DNA of 64,000 nucleotides, from positions 1,362 to 65,361 of the forward strand of contig MCFE01000505.1 of assembly GCA_002104905.1 (NCBI GenBank), read 5' to 3'. Of this stretch, positions 60,967 through 64,000 are shown piece after piece; within the stretch, counting starts at the first letter, position 1, and each line of letters begins with the position of its first letter. The notes under the pieces were generated by a model. That model had not been told where the DNA came from. It ran no database searches and worked only from the letters and a program-made list of their open reading frames with translations. The position numbers and the translations under genes were made by a program. This DNA is from Basidiobolus meristosporus CBS 931.73 (lineage: Eukaryota > Fungi > Basidiobolomycota).

Positions 60967-63900
60967 ATGTCTACTACTGCTATTACTGGAATTTTTCCCT
61001 CTGCTGAAAAGTTGGATGGATCTAACTACCAAGTGTGGAAGGTGAAGATGAAGATGCTGCTGCAGGAAAGAGGCCTTTGGGATATTGTCATGGGAGAAGA
61101 ATGCCCTCCTAAAAACGTGGGAGAGGAAGCCTTAAAGTACCAGAAGAAAGAACAAAGTGCCTTTAACTGCATTTGCCTTAATGTCAACGACAAATTGCTA
61201 ATTCAATGCTCAAGAGCAAAAACGGCAAAGAATGCCTGGAAGGCATTAGAAGACACCTACCAGTCATGTTCAGCTGCCAAGAAAATGTATCTGAGAAGAA
61301 AATTCTTTACTACAAAGATGCTGCCAGGAGAAGAAATGAAAAATCTAATTAACAGAATTACCCTGCTGGTAGATGAGATGGAATCTGTGGGCGTACCAAC
61401 TACTGATGAGGATGTGATAGTTACCATCCTGAATAGCCTGACAGACGAGTTTCAGGGCCTTGTATCAGCCCTAGAGTCCAGAACTGAAGATTTGACCTTA
61501 AATTACGTATATGGAAGGCTCCTGGATGAAGAATTAAGAAAATCAAGCGCCAATAAGAAGGAAGAAGAAAATGCTTTAATAAGCAATGATAACCAACAAA
61601 GGAGGTACCCAAGACCCTACAAAGGCAACAGCAACCTATTTTGCAACTACTGCAAAAGGAAAGGACACACATCAGACCGGTGTTTCAAAAAGAGAGATTA
61701 TCAGCAAAAGAAGCCTGAATATGGAAATGCTGCAACAACTGAAGATAGACTATTCATATCTGCACTAAATATGACCACAAACAAGGATTCTCAGACGTGG
61801 TATATTGACTCTGGAGCTTCTCAACACTTTACACACCAAAAAGAACTTTTTACCCAATATCAAGAAATTCCAATTAAGAAGGTTTTCATGGGTGACGATA
61901 GAACACTTGATGCAGTGGGAGAAGGAACTATCCAAGTAAACCTTAGAAGCAGTGAAGGAAGCCATACACTGACCTTTAAAGAAGTACTCTATGTACCAGA
62001 AATAGCCAAGAACCTACTCTCTGTAAGCAAGGCCACAGCAGAAGGACTCAGTTTCAGTTTTGACAATTCTGGATGCAGGATCACTGATCAAAATGGTGCT
62101 CATATTGCTTCGGGCATCAGAGATCAGAACCTATACAAGTTGACTTATATTCCATCATATCTGGAAGCCAATATAAGTAACTTAAATGAAGAAACACCAA
62201 TGCTTTGGCACAGGAGATTTGGACACATCAATTTTGATTATTTGCGTAAAATGATCAAAGATCAGCTAATTTCTGGAGTGAAAATTGATCCCCCAGCTAA
62301 TTTGGAGCACTGTGAAGCCTGCATATATGGGAAACAAGCCAGACAACCGTTCAAGAGCTCTGGGTTAATCAAAACTAAGAAAAAATTAGATCTAATTCAC
62401 TCAGATCTGTGTGGACCTATGCAAAATTTATCCTTAGGCGGGATGAAGTATTTAATCACTTTTATTGATGATTATACAAGATACACATGGGTCTACTTCA
62501 TGGAGAGAAAGGAAGAAGCTCTGTCTAAGCTCAGGGAGTTCAAAGCCATGGTGGAGAGAGAAACTGGTGAAAAAATCAAGAAAATACGCTCTGACAATGG
62601 TGGAGAATATACCTCAAAACTCTTCATCCACTTCTGCAAAATTCATGGGATAAAGCAAGAGACTACTGTACCATACTCCCCACAGCAAAATGGAGTAGCA
62701 GAACGAGCTAACAGATCAATAATTGATATGGCAAGATCTATGATCCATGATCAAAAATTATCCTATGATTTTTGGGCGGAATCAGTTGCCACTGCTGTAT
62801 ATCTTAAAAATAGGAGTTATAACAGAATACTTCGTGATTCTACTCCATTTGAAGCATGGTATGGATACAGACCAAGTGCAGAACATCTAAGAATATTTGG
62901 GTGTACAGCATATGCCAAAAAACTGGCCGGAAATCAGTCAAAATTTGAGCCAAAAAGTGTAAAATGCATATTTTTGGGCTACTGCAATGAGAGTAAGGCA
63001 TACAGACTCTACAATACCGAAGCAAAGAAGCTGATCAAGTCCAGGGATGTGTTGTTTGATGAAAATTCAAAATTTTCACAAAAAATGACATCAGATGATG
63101 ACGAAAATTTGATCTCAAGTCCACCAATTGTCAGGATTGAATCAGAGCAAAACAATGAAAATTTTTTCACTCCAGAGGACTCTACAACCGTGGTTCAGCC
63201 AGAATCAGTGCCCAGGAATATCCCAGAAGTGATCATTCCAGTATCAAATGCCCGGAGATCCAATCGGACAAGAAATAGCCCAAATTACTATATCAATGAG
63301 GGTACAAACTTAGCCTATGCCTATTCAGTCCATATTGATGAACCCCAGACTGTAAAAGAGGCCCTAAATAGCCCTCAGACGAAGTTTTGGAGATCTGCAA
63401 TGACTGAGGAATATCAGGCACTGATGGAAAATCAAACTTGGGACTTAGTCAAATTACCAATCAACTGAAAATCAATTGGATGCAGATGGGTCTTCAAGAC
63501 AAAATACAAGGCTGATGGTACAATTGAAAGATACAAAGCAAGACTTGTAGCCAAAGGATACTCTCAAACAAAAGGACTTGACTATACTGAGACCTTTGCA
63601 CCGGTAGCCAAGTTTAATTCCATCAGATTAATATTGGCTATTGCAGCCAAATATAAGTTTTTTATTCATCAAATGGATGTAAAAACTGCATTTTTGAATG
63701 GAGAACTTGATGAGGACGTGTATATGGACCAGCCTGATGGGTTTGTGGACCAAGATAACCCCCATTTGGTCTGCAAGCTTAAAAAGTCACTATATGGTCT
63801 CAAACAATCACCAAGAGCCTGGAATTGCAAGATAGATTCTTATTTGGAATCTTTGAGTTTCAAAAGGAGTAATGCTGACTATAGTATATACTATAAGCCA

Positions 63901-64000
63901 GATAGAGCAAATCCAGTTCTATTAGCTCTATATGTGGATGATCTTATTATAGCCGCCAATAACCTAGAAACATTGGAAGAGACTAAATCCAGCCTATCTA
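60967..64000 (+). pseudogene. Copia gag-pol polyprotein with one in-frame premature stop at 63466-63468
   Basis: Gag KLDGSNYQVW, zinc knuckle CNYCKRKGHTSDRC, protease WYIDSGASQH, LWHRRFGH...CEAC, integrase HSDLCGP/IRSDNGGEY/QQNGVAER. After the TGA the same frame continues KSIGCRWVFK, RYKARLVAKG, QMDVKTAFLNG, SLYGLKQ, LYVDD. Confidence 0.93.

Larger units (their letters stand above)
60586..64000 (+). mobile_element. Ty1/copia LTR retrotransposon (continues beyond the window)
   Basis: LTR-PBS-gag-PR-IN-RT order diagnostic of Pseudoviridae. Confidence 0.97.

Noticed and set aside
63466-63468. Programmed stop-codon readthrough between IN and RT
   Set aside because: Copia pol is normally continuous here and the consensus residue is Arg; a CGA-to-TGA mutation is the simpler explanation.

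Overview
Gene-dense, intron-rich eukaryotic DNA from a fungus, probably an early-diverging lineage (Zoopagomycota/Mucoromycota-like). That placement is inferred from short GT-AG introns with CTRAY branch points, a TopBP1 that keeps animal-type BRCT6-8, and a PDRG1-like gene. I assembled about 22 protein genes by hand from the ORF track plus splice signals: PAN2, RPS25, POL5/MYBBP1A, WAPL, FAR11/STRIP, a Csm1/Pcs1 monopolin subunit, AHA1, a LETM1-domain protein, EHD3/HIBCH, ETP1/BRAP2, MGR2/ROMO1, SNU114, a SulP sulfate permease, PDRG1, TOPBP1/Rad4 and several uncharacterised surface or disordered proteins. There is one tRNA-Leu(CAG). The last ~4.2 kb is a nested stack of one Ty1/copia LTR-retrotransposon family. 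Most unusual observations: (1) a single-pass membrane protein with tandem fibronectin type II-like modules outside and an SH3 domain inside; (2) a rhomboid-like pseudoprotease fused to an MGAT4/GT54-like glycosyltransferase; (3) an Aha1 with a C-terminal tail anchor and a 6-nt microexon; (4) a triple self-nested copia array with half-tRNA(iMet)-type primer sites in two variants and signs of CpG decay. All family assignments are motif recognition by eye; no database searches were run. Gene coordinates run from inferred start to stop codon and include introns.
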